Origin: Lama guanicoe
Lineage: Eukaryota
Direction: 5' to 3'
NCBI GenBank assembly: GCA_013239625.1
Contig: MU054391.1
Coordinates: forward strand, 4,981,824 to 5,045,823
DNA length: 64,000 nucleotides
In this document: positions 36,852 to 51,416 of the stretch, in pieces
Layout of the letters: each line of letters starts with the position of its first letter
Position numbering within the stretch: the first letter of the stretch is position 1
The notes under the pieces: model-generated
Told to the model about the DNA's origin: nothing
Seen by the model: only the letters and a program-made list of their open reading frames with translations
Database searches by the model: none
Made by a program: the position numbers and the translations under genes

Positions 36852-39609
36852 CTTTAAGGAGTACAAAAACATTTTAAAACTAGTAAGCATGTAATGTTAT
36901 ATTAAGCAAAACATTTTGTATATTCACAAATAATTCAACTTTAAATCTTTTAAAGTTTGCCATTTAATCTACACTACAAATTCAAACCTAACATTTATAT
37001 GGCTTCTATAATCCAAAGAGCTGTACTGGAAAGCTTCTAGGGCTTAAACACAATTCTGTTTAATTCTAAAGTAATTTTTTGTGATTTGCCATTCACGCTA
37101 TATACGGCTCTGATGACATTATGCAGGCAAAAATCTTTCAGAACTATGTGCCAGACAGTCTCGACACTGCTCACAATCACACAGCAGAACATCAACGTAC
37201 CCGTGATGGGCCCCATCCTCTGAAGCAGCATCTAAGAACCTCCTGATGGACCTTAAACAAATCCAAATATGCTGGCCCATTCTTGTTTTATCATGGGTAA
37301 ACGTGCAACCCCAGGGACTTTCATTTTTACGGACTAAGAGTTGCCTACGTAAGCAGCCTACCAAGTGGATAATAATGTGTCTCTAAAATGAGTTTACATA
37401 TATTTTTGAAATTCTGTCTATCACCAAGGTTTTCTTAGGACTCTCATTCCGTGTTCTACCCCTGGGCGTGCTTACATTAGGGCAGCTGCAATCCCTGAAC
37501 TTTCACACCAGATGATCCGTTTCATTACGTCACCAATCGTTCTTTGATTTCAGTGGGATTCGGAGCTGCTGACATTGTTGCTTTTTACTTTTAAACACTG
37601 TCAGTTTTATTTCATCATTATCAGTTTAGTTTATACCTAGATTACAGTATCTGTTTGGGTTCAGATATGAATAATCCCTTCCCCTACCTCTAACAGATGC
37701 AGATATATATATAATTCCCCCATTCAGTTCTTCCCAAAACATCAGACCCTCATTCCCTCAGCAAATCTGCTTTTATATGCAAACTACATTACCATCACTG
37801 GACTCTTTTTTCCCTGGAACGTGGGATCTGGTCTCCTAAATGAGTGACAGAGTCTTTACCTTCAATCCAAGTGAGCTACGCTCACATATATTTGAGAGCT
37901 ACAAAAACTCACTGGAGCATCACAATATTGAATACCTGATACACTGATGCTGGGGACAAAATGTTAACAAAACGGTACGGTCTCAGCCTTCATGAAGCTT
38001 ACCCTCCAGGGGGGTAGACAGATAAATCAAACAAAAGGCATGAAATGAATTAATCACCCATTGTGACAAGAGGAGGAGATCTACTCTTAGTAGAGTGTAA
38101 ATAGGTTAACATAGAACTAAAAGGTTAAAAAAAAGAAACAGGTAGCTAGAGGCAAGACATTAAAATGTGCTTGTAACATTCACAACGTATTTCTTACATT
38201 TTTAAAGGTGAAAAGACTGGTGAAAAAACTTTCAGAACTGAATTGGAGACAGAAGTAACAACAATACATGTACTAACTTTTATCCCATAGTGACTGGGCT
38301 TGATCCCCAAATATAAATTTAATAATAACTTGCGGGAAGGCAGTGAAGACTTCAAACTGAACTACAGTTACTTTACTGAGTTTTTAAAACTCACTCATTC
38401 AGGATGTTAGGGTTACTGATGACAGAGACAGAAGACTTACTCCCCACCCAAGGAGAACTCAAGAGCGCACTGGGGGAGACGCACAGGTACGAACGCAGTC
38501 ACACCCCTGGACGGCTCTCCCGGAGACACACACACGTATCGCTACGGGGAAACACACTGCGCGCCAAGCCCAGATGCAGCACTTAAGGGAAGTGTCCTGA
38601 TGCGGGAAACCACTAGAACAAAGCTGTGCAGGATGAGGGTGAGTCAGCTGCTGAGGGACGGCTGAGGCAAGGGAAGAAAGTCAGGACGTTCAAACAAGGG
38701 AACAGCAAACGCAGTCATGAATTCATGAAAGTGGCAGAAACAGAGCTGAAAAACTATTTTAAAAGTGTGAGTGAATAAAAATGATGCAAGTGTTCTAAGT
38801 GTTCCAGCATATAATAGTTAAGAAATAAAGCCAAAATGAGGAAAAATTTTGCCCAATAAACATGTCTAAGGTTATTTTTTAATATTATCCTTCAAAATAA
38901 TACAAGCAAACAAATTTTAAATAAAGCACATTTGATAAAATAAAGCATAATGTTTAAGTAGAAACCCACTTAATTAAATACTCATGGATATTTTATATAC
39001 TAAAGGCCCAAAATATTAATTCCATCCATTCCATAACTTTCCTAATAGCAGCAACCAGTTGCACAGTGTTCAACAGGTAATATCACACATTTTTACATAT
39101 AAAGGAGTGGGAGCTCCTAGAGGATAACCAACCTGCCCGGGGCTTGATCCCAAGTCTTGCCTTCAAATTCTATCCAAATAAATTATTTATTTATCTATCC
39201 AAATAAATAAAATGTATTTCCCTATATACATCTAACTAATGTTACCCAATTAAATGAAAAATTTACCATGAAAGCTATCAAAAATCCATTAAAATACAAA
39301 GGTTTAAATCTGTAGGTTATTTTTCAATATAACACATTTATATTGAAACTAATGGCATTAAGATGCTTTCATAAAATGAAAACCTTACCTAGAAACTTTC
39401 ATTTTCAGGCAGAGCTGTATTTGATAAAACTTAAAATACAGCAATATAGAAAGACTGGTATTAGAGAAATTCTTACATTTGAAACAAGGTTTTAGGAAAG
39501 TACTTTGGTTCTACTCTGAAATGTGTAAACATTATTTTTTAAATATATACCTAAATATCTTCTATTAAATGGCACTACCTTGGTCATTTTTAGAGTGCTC
39601 GAAAATCTG

Positions 39610-41100
39610 CAAATCTAATCTAAAGTCCTTACCATCACAGGGCTTGTTAGGCCCCACATGAACAGCCATTAGCTATTTCTCTGACATCACTCCCCACTAC
39701 TCTCCCTTTTGTTCCCCAAACTCCAACCAGACTGGCCTCTGGATGTTCCTGGGGTCCCACGTCAGAGCATTTACACTCGCTGCTTCCTCTCCTCAGAATG
39801 CTTTTCTCAAGATATTTGTAAAGTTCAGTTCCCACTTTATTCAGGTCTCTAATTCATTCAACGACAGAGCCCCATTGTGCTGGGTACTAAGAAAGAGAAG
39901 GAGAAAATAAACAACACAGGCAAAAATCCTGGCCATGTGGGTCTTATATTCTACTGAGGGGAGACAGACAAGAAACAAAACAAGTAAGTAAATAGCATCA
40001 TGCATTAGAAGGTGACCAAGTCTATGGAGTGAAATAAAGCAGGGAAGCAAGGAGTACCAAACAGGGAGGTGTTATTTTATATAAGATAACGAGGGATGGT
40101 CTCACTGAAAAGATGGTATTTAAGCAAAGACTTAGAACAAGATGAGAAAATCCATCATGCATCTCTCCAAAGAAAGATCCTTACAGGCAAGAGAATGAGC
40201 AAGTGTGAAGGCCCTGAGGCAGGAGCAGGCCTGACATTTTGAAGGAGTCAGCAAAGAGGTTGACAAGGGCTGGAAGAGGAAAGTAAATGAGGTAGGGCAG
40301 GGAAAGGGTTGGAGACACACAGATCAAAAAGGGCCTTGGAAGAAACTGTAAGGACTTAAGATTTTTATTTTTAGTAAAAGAGGTACAGATAATAATAGAG
40401 CTTTCAGCAGAGAAATAACATGATCGGCTTCTATTTTAGAAGGACTGCTGCGGCTGCCACATGGAGAGCAGATTGTAGGGGGAAAAGGACAGGAGCAGGG
40501 GGGACCAGCTAGAAGGTTCTGCTGTAATTCATGCAGCTGAGACCTAACGATGCACTGGACACGGGCAGGATGCTAGAAATAGGGAGAAGGGGTCAGGTTC
40601 TGGAAACAGTCTGAAGATAGAGCAAAAGAATTTACTGCAGATTGGAGGTGGCACATGAAACAAAGGTATCAAGACTTTTTTGTCCAAGGAACTGGAAAAA
40701 GAGTTGCATTAACTATGGGTGGGTTAAGTCTGGGGTAGAGGACCTAAAATTTAATTTTGGACATGTTAAGTCAAAGACATATATTAGACACCATTGGGTA
40801 TCAATGAGGCAGCTGGAGAGCAACAGGGCTGAAGATATGTATTTGAGAATCTTCAGCATAAAGATGGTATATCTGGCCTAGAAAGAAAGAGAAGAACCAA
40901 GGACTGAGCCAAGGGCATTCCAATGCTAAATGGTAAAGGGGAGGGGGAACTTCTATGGCATTTATCATTACACGACTTTATATCTTTCTGCCTTTCCCAA
41001 CAGGGCAAGAATTTATCTTGTTCACTGCTTATCTCCACAATGCCTAGACCAATACCTGGCATATCTAGATCCTCACTATACATTTGTTAAGTGAGTACAT
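39610..41100. mobile_element. L2 cluster: a minus-strand L2 (~39850-40940) between plus-strand L2 pieces
   Basis: L2 motifs attcattcaac, gtgaaggccctgaggcaggagcaggcctg, ttttggacatgttaag, tcttgttcactgct. Confidence 0.7.
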
Positions 41101-41554
41101 TAGTATCATTGATAATATACTAAAATATTCCCATAGCAGAACATAATCAAGCATAATGAGGTCTGAAACCTCACTTACAGGAATTAAGCTACAAAAGACT
41201 AAATATATTAGATACAACCTCAGCTGCAATATAGTTCCAGAGCATGCACTCCAACAGCAGTATAAAAACAAATTCCAGTGTAACTATCCTAACAGAGTTA
41301 ACACTGGCCAATATTACAAAGTGCCATTCAATACCATGCAAAGAAAGAAATAAATATTTTACAAACTAAATTACAAGTACTTACATTTGTAAGTAAGCGT
41401 TAACATGGTGGAAAGCAGAATTCCATGTGAGGAATTCAGTCACAAGACAATAATCTTTAATTTTATTATCAATATTTGTATTCCAAATATCACTTGAAAA
41501 GTAAAAGAGCAATGTACAAAATCTGAATTTCAATATTTTAAAATATAAGTTAAT

Positions 41555-43174
41555 TAAGACATCCTATGTTCATGGATTGGAAGATTTAATATTGTTAAAA
41601 TGTCAATATCAGCCAAAGCAATCTACAGATTCAATGTAACCCTGTCAAAGTCCCAATGAAGTTTTTTGCAGAAATAGAAAAACCCACCATAAAATTCATA
41701 TGGAATCTCAAGTGACCCAGAATAGCCAAAATTATCCTGAAAAAGAAGAACAAAACTGGAGGACTCACATTTCCTGATTTCAGACTTACTACAAAGCTAG
41801 AATAATCAAAACAGTGTGGTATTGGCAAAATGCAGACCAAAAGAATAGAATAGTGAGCCCAGAAATAGAGCTTCACTATACGGTCAAATGGTTTTTGACA
41901 AGGGGGACAAGACCATTCAGTGGGGAAAGGACAGTCTTTTCAATGCATGGTGCTCAGAAAACTGGAGACCCACATGCAAAGGATGAAGTCAGACTGACCT
42001 GATGCCACACACAAAAATGAACTTAAAGTGGATCAAGGACCTAAATGTAAGACTTAAAATAACAGAAAATATACAACTAAAATGTCATGTTATTGGATTT
42101 AGCAATGATTTCTTGATATGACACCAAAGGCACAGGTAACAAAGGAAAAAACAGGGAAATTGAACTTAATAAAAATGTTTTAATTTTGTATATCAAAAGA
42201 CACTATCCATAGAGCAAAAAGGCAACCCATGGAACAGGAGAAAATATTTGAAAATTATATATATGAAAAGGGGTTAATATACAGAATATACAGAGAACTC
42301 CTAAAACTCCACAATAAAAAAACAATCTGACTCAAAAATAGGCAAAGACCTTGAACAGACATTTCTATTAAGATGCGTGAATCACCAATAAAAATATGAA
42401 AAGATGCTCAACATTACTAACCATTAGAGAAATGCAAATCAAAACTACAACGAGATACCACCCCAAACCCACTAGGACAGCTACTATCAAAAATCCTGAA
42501 AACAACTAGTGTTGGTGAGGACGTGGAGAAACTGCAATGCTTGTTTACTGCTGATGAAAGAATGCAAAATGGTACAGCCACTATGGAAAAAAAGCATGGA
42601 AGTTCCACCAAAAATTTAAAACAGAAACACCACATGATCCAGCAATTCCACTTCTGGGTACATACCAAAAAAGAATTGAAAGCAGGGTCTTGGAAACATA
42701 TTTGTACACCCATGTACATGGTAGCTTTATTCACAACAGCTAAAAACGTGGAAGCAACCCACATGTCCACTGACAGATGAATGGATAAGGAAAATGTGGT
42801 ATATACACACAATGAAATATTACTCAGCCTTAAAAAGGAAGAAAATTCTGACACGGGCTACAACATGGATGCACCTTGGTAATGTTACGCTAAATGAAAT
42901 AAGCCAGTCACAAAAAGACAAATATTATATGATTCCACCTATATGAGGTATTTAGAGTAGCTAAAATCACACAGGCAGAAAGTCTAATGGTGGTTGCCAG
43001 GGGCTGGGAGAAGAGAAGGGGCAGGAATACAAGATGAGAAGAGTCAGGAGATGGATGCTGGTGACGGCTACATAACAATGTGAAAGTACTTAACACCAAT
43101 CAACCAAACCTTTCAAAATGGTTAAGATGGTAAATTTTATGTTGTGTGTCTTTCATTTAACAATAAAGAAAAAA
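41555..43174 (+). mobile_element. L1MB-type element, ORF2 end plus 3' UTR, antisense to the gene
   Basis: catggattggaagatttaatattgttaaaatgtc, agaaatgcaaatcaaaactacaa, and the end aaaatggttaagatggtaaattttatg with an A-rich tail. Confidence 0.93.
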
Positions 43175-43529
43175 TACTATCATCTGAAAATGAAAACAGA
43201 AAACAGCATTTCAACATTTAAGTTATAAAGTAATTATACTGTTCTACAAATTAGCATAAATTATTTTTATACAAAGAGAAAAATTAAACCTGAGACGAAA
43301 TTAAAAATGTTTTAAATCAACAAGTTTTAAAATAACAGTAGACAACCAATAATTGACTTTCGTCGTCAAAACTGACATTGGTTTTTTAGACATACTTAAT
43401 GCAAATAAAACTGGCATTCGGCAGTGTAAACATGAACAAAGCAGATGGTTCTGTTTCTGAAACTGAATTGCTTTGTTAAGGTTCAAGCCTACCATCTACC
43501 ATACAAAATAGTAAGAAGACAAAAGTCAC

Positions 43530-43674
43530 CTGTCACAGAAACAATATTCAGTAATCTTCTCATGGTCTGAGGACTTATGTCACTGAACCAGTCCTCCGTA
43601 ACCAGCAGTTTGGTAAGATCAAAGGACATCTGCCGTGTGATGGTCCGCTGCATCTGCCTTCTTCGGTAAGTATC
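43530..43674 (-). CDS. KIDINS220: Exon ~21: [20 protein letters not shown]...NIVSVT (includes the RQMSF PKD-site motif)
   Basis: ttccag|GAT ... ACAG|gtgact; 145 nt, phase 0-1. Confidence 0.98.
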
Positions 43675-45131
43675 CTGGAACAGAGAGTCGTCGATGAGTG
43701 ACCCATACTTCAAGCCTGAGAACTGACGGCTTTTTGAGAAGTACACGTTTATGACAACAGCAAAAACAATTCAAAATTTTGTCAAAGAGGAAGACTATCT
43801 AGTAATACAGAAAGTATTATTACTCCCTGAGGCGGAATATTTACAGAACAGTTATAAAGCCGTATTAGCAGCAACTGCATCGAATGCTATGGTTTAGCTT
43901 CAGGTGTATTTTGATTTATAGCTGTACAGCCAGAGGAAGCTCAAGACCTTGAAGATTATGAATAAGCAGAATTGTGTAAAGAAGTTTCAAAATTCAACTC
44001 AAACTCTTATGGGAGCTCAGTATTTATAGGAACCCTGAAATAATAAAGCAAGTAAACCCTTGTCTAGATTTAAGGATTCAGCATTTTGATTTTTAGGTTA
44101 TTTTAAAATGTGTAACAACTATCTAAAGGGCACGGCAGCTCTAAGTGCCCTCACATCTGTGTAAGAAGGGAAGGCACTCTACCGACAAGGTGGGGTTGGG
44201 TAGGGAACCCCACCTAACTGGAGGAGGAACAGGCACAACAAAGGCGTGTTCTCATCCAAGGTCATGAAACAGTGGAATGTGGATGCGATCACAGGGAATC
44301 CAAGAGTTCAGACTCCCAGGAGAGAAATTCAAAACGGTAACTCATACCCTCCTTTTAATTTAGAGCCATCAATTGTCATTCATAATATCAGTTTTGCATC
44401 CATACTGGTATATGGTAGAGGCATAAAATCAAAGTATCACTAAAGCACATTTTTTCAAATGTAAAATGTTCCAATTTCACGTTAGCAATGAGGGGGGAGA
44501 AAACGATGCCAACGCCAGCCCAGCCCAGCCGTCCTTAAGTGGGGCTTGTTACATCACTTCCCTGCAAGCGGACCTCCTCCTGTCTGTAACGCTCCCTCGT
44601 TCTTTGCACAGGAGGGTTCCCAGGACAGGGGAGGACAGGGAAACTACAAGGGGCTGGGAAGGGCTCAAAATCACTACGGGGACAGAAGAAAGAGCACACA
44701 GCTCAGGAACATTCGGGAAGGAGGAAGGCCAACGGGAAGACGGCAAGGAATTTCCTCACACTAGAAGCCCCCTCTCCCTTACAGCCACGGTGGCAAGCGA
44801 CACCCCGAGTGAACACAACCTGACTGGGAATGACCCCAGCGGCTCTCCACCCTCGAAGAAATCATCTGGGGGCTTTAAAGTCTCTAACTCAGCATGTCTG
44901 GGGTCTGGAGTGGCACCTGGGCTGAGAACAGTCTGGGAGAGGACAGGGCCTCCTACATAATTTACAGTTATTAATGCTCTAGTTCAGACATTCCCTAAAA
45001 AGCCACCTGAAGCAGAAAGGACATCCAATGATAACATTTACTGATGAGTTTCGTGCAATGTTTACAAAAGATGAAGTTTTATATGAGGACTAACAATACA
45101 AACACAGGGCCCAGAACAAACGGCAGCTCAC

Positions 45132-45220
45132 CCGTCTGTTGAGGGCCGTCTTGCTACCGAGCTTTGTCATCTCCCCAAGGCTGTTCTGTGACACTCTTCT
45201 GTCAGCGTCCTCCTGTACCC
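45132..45220 (-). CDS. KIDINS220: Exon ~20: (G)[29 protein letters not shown]
   Basis: ctcag|GG ... CGG|gtgagc; 89 nt, phase 1-0. Confidence 0.97.
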
Positions 45221-45386
45221 CTGAGAGAATTCAGCAAGAGAGCACCATTTGTACTCAAAGTCTGCTGTAGGTGATATGTGAAGGGCAGTGGAACAGGAAC
45301 AGTATTTTTCAAGGCAAAAGGAGATCCACCATAAAAGTCTACGGAACTACTCCAAACCCAAAGTACCCGAGGGACCTGACCCCCAC

Positions 45387-45630
45387 CTGTACTGTCCGAG
45401 CACGGAATATCTCCATTAGTCGTCGAAGTTACGAGAAACTTTCTCGCACTGCTTAGTCCACGACTGTTGAGGAAAACAGGCAAATGGACGATGTTGCGCA
45501 TGTAGTCATGCCCATTTATATTTGAGTCCCGGAGCACGCTGTTGAGGTTCTGGTTAATGGCCTTTATAATGATATGTGGATCACTTGCAAAAATGGCAAT
45601 GAATGGGCCTTTTGAAAAGAGAACCCGGAC
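45387..45630 (-). CDS. KIDINS220: Exon ~19: [19 protein letters not shown]...DIPCSDST
   Basis: ccacag|GTC ... ACAG|gtgggg; 244 nt, phase 0-1. Confidence 0.98.
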
Positions 45631-46363
45631 CTGTGGTAGAAGAAATGTGTGTTTATGGTGTAAATTTTAAATTATCACAGTAATAAAACATCTCTTCAAA
45701 ATCTGTATTATCCTGTGGTGATTATATTTTTAAAATCACATTTCCTCTTCATCAAAATCTTATTCTGTATGAAAACAAATTTCACTGACGTCTCAGTCTG
45801 GGATTTTTTTTCCCGTTGAACAATTTTTCAGTATGTGACAGTGAAAAAACTTTCAAAGAAAAGAATCCTGTCCTACTTTGAGAAACTTGCGGTCTACATA
45901 AGAGGCAAGATCAACACACATGAGAAACATCTGTGGATATGCGTGCAGTGCTGAGCACACTGCTCTCTGCCTACAGCTACGCACAGCTGCTTATCACGGA
46001 CCTTACAGAGAACCACTGACGCATCCTACTTTTAAAAAAAACTCCACAAATCCTGCAGGCTCTCTGCTGTCACCTCTGTTCTAACCAGAACTACCTGCAG
46101 AGAAAAGCTGGGGTCACACTGTGGCCTTCAGGGACACTCTACTTAGTCTTTCCTCACACTGCCATTACGCCAAAATTGCTTAAATCTGTTTAAATTTAGT
46201 TTCGCTATGTTCCTGCATAAAAGATGGTTGTTTTTACAAATGAAAAAGTAGTATTCAAATTCCACTTGAGATACTCATGAAGTTATTCCTCTCAGCTGCC
46301 ACGTGGGTGACAACTGCTGCCACGTGAGTGACAACTGCAAGCTTTCAGATGGTTAAGACGTAC

Positions 46364-46504
46364 GGTGTCCAGCATCTGGAGCACTTTGTCCTGCTCGCAG
46401 GCGTCCAGCCCATCAATGATAACCACCAGCCTTGTCTGATTCTGAGTGAAGCTGTCAATGGTTTTTGCCATCCTGGCCATCAATTCCACTTCACACTTAA
46501 GAAC
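46364..46504 (-). CDS. KIDINS220: Exon ~18, KAP NTPase Walker B region (LVVIIDGLD): VLKCEVE...LQMLDT
   Basis: cacag|GTT ... ACC|gtacgt; 141 nt, phase 0-0. Confidence 0.98.
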
Positions 46505-47227
46505 CTGTGCAAAAGAAAGGGCAGGCAGGGCTGAAGACAGGGGAGAGATGGGCACAGTTCCTTAAAGCCTGAGAGAACGCGACCTAACAGGAAGGAAAGA
46601 AATCTAAGGTCCTCGCTGTCAGCTGTGGGTCCACTTAAAACTGGTGATCACAACCTACAAAGTGACTTCACTAAATTAGAGCTTTCCACCCTTACCATGA
46701 GGTAGGCACTGTCATGTCCATTTTAAAAGGACAAACTTGGTTGAGTGACTTACGTGGCAAGATCACATGCTCTGAATGTCAGAAGACAGATCTGAATGCA
46801 AATCCACAGGATCTAAACACCACACTACAGCCGGCTCCCTGGTGGCACGTGACCTTGACCAAAGGACGGGGCTGCAGATATTGTATAAAGCCCTTTTTCG
46901 TTCTAAAAGTATGATCCTATCTTAGTGTGTGTTGGTGGTTCAGGCTGCTACTGGGCGCTGGAGGATCCTGTACTATTAGGTCCACCTCTGGAGTAATCTG
47001 CCAGCTCCTCTGAGTATCGTACAAAAGTCTGTTTTATAAAAACATGTTATTGTTATAACTTTTCCACTTCATATATGCATTTTTCACAGGAAAAAAAAAT
47101 CTGGAATGAAACTAAAAACAAACGCAACACTCTAACATTTAGAGAGTGCATTCCCTAAGTCCCAGGGAGCACGGCCGTGGCGACATATTCACGTTAGCAT
47201 CACCTCTAACAACCAGGGAGCGCTTAC

Positions 47228-47517
47228 TTTCATGAATCCTTCACTTTTCAACTTGTGCAGTTTGGAGGCAGCATTATGGAGGCGTTTCCTTTGAGAATTC
47301 AGGAGAGAGTCCAGCACCTGCCACCACGTACGACAATTCAGCACAAAGGCCAACCCCACTACAGACGCAACTGATATGAGGACAGCGTTCACTGTCAGGT
47401 GTTTCGGGTCGACTCTGAAGATAGCCAGAAGAGTAATTCCGGCAATAATGCAGCCAAAGATAAAGAGGAAGATGACAAAAGACGGGAGGCAGCACGTTTT
47501 TTTCCATTTCTTTTTAC
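47228..47517 (-). CDS. KIDINS220: Exon ~17, transmembrane helices 3-4: (G)[13 protein letters not shown]...KSEGFMK
   Basis: tacag|GT ... AAA|gtaagc; 290 nt, phase 1-0. Confidence 0.98.
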
Positions 47518-47690
47518 CTGTAATACAACAAATGGTTTGAACAATTATTTACATATCAACCATCTAGAAAATCCCAGTCATTACAGTGACAGCACATGAC
47601 AAACCTGATGCTCAGTTCGTGTTTTCATGCCTTTCATTCATCCCATCCTCAGCCCTACACACACACACACAGAGAAGAAGGAAGCCCTAC

Positions 47691-47842
47691 CCTGCGTATC
47701 TTCAGTCTTGAAAACTCGAAAAAGCCTGGTTGCCAAAAAGCCAAACTCTCTTTCACAAGCATCCGAGAGGGTTGCAATCATTTCGGCCAGTGATGTTTCT
47801 CCACCCACACTGGACAACCTGTTATAATCTGTAAACAAAAAC
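47691..47842 (-). CDS. KIDINS220: Exon ~16: (R)[15 protein letters not shown]...KTEDTQ
   Basis: tctccaag|G ... CAGG|gtaggg; 152 nt, phase 2-1. Confidence 0.98.
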
Positions 47843-48971
47843 CTTGGAGAAAGGGGAAATAAAATGTTACTCAGAGAACCAAATAAAAGATTCCCCACAT
47901 ATGGTATCTCTGTATCATTTATCCTGTATTTTCTTCAAGTCACTTTCAAGATACTGGTTTTACAATTCTAAGAGGAGGGAAAACAACCTGTAATTAGGTA
48001 TCTTTCATCTCTAACATCTCACACACTTTTCCTAAGAAAAGACAGCAACAAAATGTAGCAGAGTAATATGAAGCAATTCTGACTAAAAGCAGAAAGGGAA
48101 AAAGGTTATGACAGAGCTTAGACAAGGAATCAGACATCTCATGGAGCAATGATCAAAAGGTGGCGCCCATATCAGCCAAAAAGAGCTGCACAAAGAAAGT
48201 TTTCTAAGCGCCAACTGAAGAGATTAGAACCTTGAGAAAATAGAGTAATTAAGAACTGAATGCCATTTACAAACTCAGGCTTTAGAATGTCTGACTTACA
48301 GTTTAAATATCTTCCAAAGATTTAGAAATAATTTGTCAAATATTCTTTTTCACAGTTCTGTGAAATAACTGAACAATCTGTATTCTGAGTCTCTGAATGG
48401 ATATTATCTCTGCATTAGTTCCTTCCTTCCCTTTTATCCTTAAACTCTCATCTCAATCCAGCAGACAGGCATCACTTTCAAAATACAACAGAGGATCACG
48501 TTGTACTATATATATGTGTGGTCTTGATTAATGCCGTTTTAACTGTTATATAACTTTTTTAAAAATACTAACTCATTAATTTAAAATGTTTTATTTCCTG
48601 TGTAACTATTCCTCCCAATTTTGTTCGTCTACTCTATGTGTTTTCTTTTTACCTTTTTCATTTTAACTGCTCATTTTAAATCCTTTTCTTAATCCTATAT
48701 GCCAACTACTTGTATGCTTTTATCTTTCTTATAATTTTGATGTTTTATCTGGTTTGGCCCATTTATTTTCAGCTTAACTTACACATATTTTATCTTAGAA
48801 TAATTTTTAAATTATGAATCTTTTGGTGCATATTTAATTATTTTACTAATTTCTTTTGAACTCCTTTTGCTTTCCGTTCTCTAACCTTTTTTTTTTTTTC
48901 ATTTTACTTTCCTCTGGAGCCTTCTACCTCCTTTATTCCTTGACTTACATGTTTCTCATATTTCCTGATAT

Positions 48972-49046
48972 TTTCTTTTTTTAAAATTGAAGTACAGTCA
49001 GTTACACTGTGCCAATTTCTCATGTACAGGACAATGTCCCAGTCAT
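48972..49046 (-). mobile_element. Short L1 3' end, same family as 27581
   Basis: T run followed by aattgaagtacagtcagttacac...aatgtcccagtcat. Confidence 0.7.
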
Positions 49047-49518
49047 CTCATACATTTTCTATCTGATATTATTAACAACTTTAGATGAAAGAGTAAATAC
49101 ATTTCCACAGATGAGGAAAGAGCAGCTCAGAGCACGAGCTAAGCTGCCAAGGTTGCACCTGATGTAAAGAGGTGCCAGGACTCCATCCTAGACCCAGGGC
49201 TTTTTTCAAATTTGTCCAAAGGATGGTAACAGGAGTCCTAGTCGGGGAAAAGGGGTCTATGCTCAAATAAAATTTGGTAAATCAAAGTTAAATAGATTTC
49301 GTTATGGAAAGGTGTCTCTGATCCTTTGCTGTACAAAAGGGAGATATAATATGAAGTGTTTCCCAAACGTATTTGACCAGAGCATGTTTGTTTTATTTCT
49401 CACATTGAAAAGGTCAAGGGACCAATGTTTTTTGGAACATACATTGAGAAATGATGCATTATAAACTTTAATTTGCTTCATCTTATTAAAAGTTACTTCT
49501 GTCAAGGAACCAGCTCAC

Positions 49519-49684
49519 CTCACAGGTAAAGCTTTAGTGGTCTGCTCCGGCAGTTCGGGTGGGTTCACGAACATCAGCTTGAGGAGGAGCTCCAAATAGC
49601 CAATATGTCTTGCCAACCTAGTACTGAGGACCCACGCCCAATTCCAACTCTCTCCTTCTCTTCGTCCACCGAAGTAAATGACAA
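49519..49684 (-). CDS. KIDINS220: Exon ~15: (I)[17 protein letters not shown]...TTKALPV
   Basis: ttttag|TT ... GTGAG|gtgagc; 166 nt, phase 1-2. Confidence 0.98.
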
Positions 49685-50465
49685 CTAAAATTCACGGTTT
49701 CAAAAAAAAAAAAATTATCCAGAACAATCATTAGTCAAGGAGCCTTTCTTTCTCCAAAGAGTCAAGTATCAAGTAGTGACAGGGAGGCTTGCATAAACTT
49801 TCATGGTCCGATGCTGCTCCCTAACCACGCCTCCAAGAATTCCTCAATTACCTAACCTCCCACAACATACATGATGTATGTGAAAAACGGAAAGTAAACT
49901 GATTAAAATACGACATAAGGAACACAATCAGGAGGATAATGCCTTAAACAGAAACAAAGCAGTTCAGATTCAAATGTAAATGACTTTGGGCGTATCACTC
50001 TTTGTCAGTGTTGAAGCTACCAGTTCCTCCAACATTAAACCTATTTCCTTTCCTGCAACTGAAGACACTCCCAGGAATGGGAATTATATATATTTTCTAC
50101 TTTGCTTTTAAATAAAATAAAAATTACGGTCATGATCAAGATGCTCAAGAGCATGCCGTGATGGCCATGAAGACTTATTTTCAAAGAAGAATTATATATA
50201 AATCATTGATTAACATATAAAAAGGAAAATAAAATAAGAGTTCTGCTTCAATATTAACAAGTAGTGCACTGGTTTTCAAAGCTATTCCAGCCACGCTGGG
50301 GACAATGTCTCTCTAGGTCAACTTAAAAATAGCAAAAAGATCTATTTTCTGACCTAATTATGAAAACCACTTACAGACTTCAGGAGATACAGACAAAACT
50401 TTATGTAAAACAGTGAGTTTTGACATTCTCTATATCTTTGAAAATGGTAAGAGGCAAAGACTTAC

Positions 50466-50645
50466 TGAAAAATATATATAAGACAGCCAAGAAGCTCAAT
50501 GACACCGCTATTCCAAGATTTGGGTCCACCATAAAAGCAAACAATAAACCAAGCCCTCCACAAAGCAGCAGGGTCAGAAACACTATCAGCCATGAGAACT
50601 GGAAAAGAGGTTCAATCTGTTGTCCTGCAAAAGTTTTCATTTCAT
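50466..50645 (-). CDS. KIDINS220: Exon ~14, transmembrane helices 1-2: (D)EMKTFAGQQ...AVLYIFF
   Basis: ttcag|AT ... TTCA|gtaagt; 180 nt, phase 1-1. Confidence 0.98.
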
Positions 50646-51416
50646 CTGAAAGAGAAATGAATATGAAAACATTATTTCTGTTTCAAGAAATACAAATTCA
50701 AACAATTTGAAAATTTCACCTTTTCAATACAGACATTTACTAGGCACTTACTAAGTCCCGAGATAGAATGTTGCTACTTAACCATTTTAACCACAGTTCT
50801 CTTCTGATAAGACTCACTCCCTAGGGGCGCATCTACCCGGACCCTTGTCTCACCCACTCTCTTGCTTCATGCTGAAGGTGCAGAAAGTCCTTTTTCATGT
50901 ATTCCCATCGGTCAAGATTTTGTTGATATTTTTGTGCTTTGCATTTTACACTCAACAAGGTACTGTTTCCATATATAAAACTAAAAATTATTACTTTGCT
51001 ACATGTCTTCAAACTACTGCTCCTCCTCACCCCTTCTCCCAACAATTACATTTGAGGATCATTGCTCTTAAAGATACGTGTTGAGCCCAAACGAGCCCTA
51101 AACAAGTCATTCTTACTACAAACCTTAGCAAAAGTTTTACAAGCCATACTGAAACGTGTCCTTGAAGAATGGGTATGATTTTGCCAAGCAAAAGGTGAGA
51201 TTATTAGGAGGGAGGATGGGGGTGGGGTGCTGTCCAGGAAGCTCCTCGCAGACGGAGCCACTCAGGGGATCTTTGTGTTAGAAAGAGAACTCAAATGACT
51301 ATGTGGGGGATCAACTACATTCCCAAATATAAAACAATTTTTCTTTACTTAAAAAAAAAGATTCACAAGAGAGAACCTTGTTATATACATAGACATTTTA
51401 CAAACACACCCTTTAC

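Noticed and set aside
42417..42854. ORFs within the L1
   Set aside because: Decayed, 5'-truncated L1 with stops and frameshifts; no intact ORF2
44466..44960. 164-aa plus-strand ORF
   Set aside because: No recognisable domain; lies in a GC-rich intronic patch where stop codons are scarce
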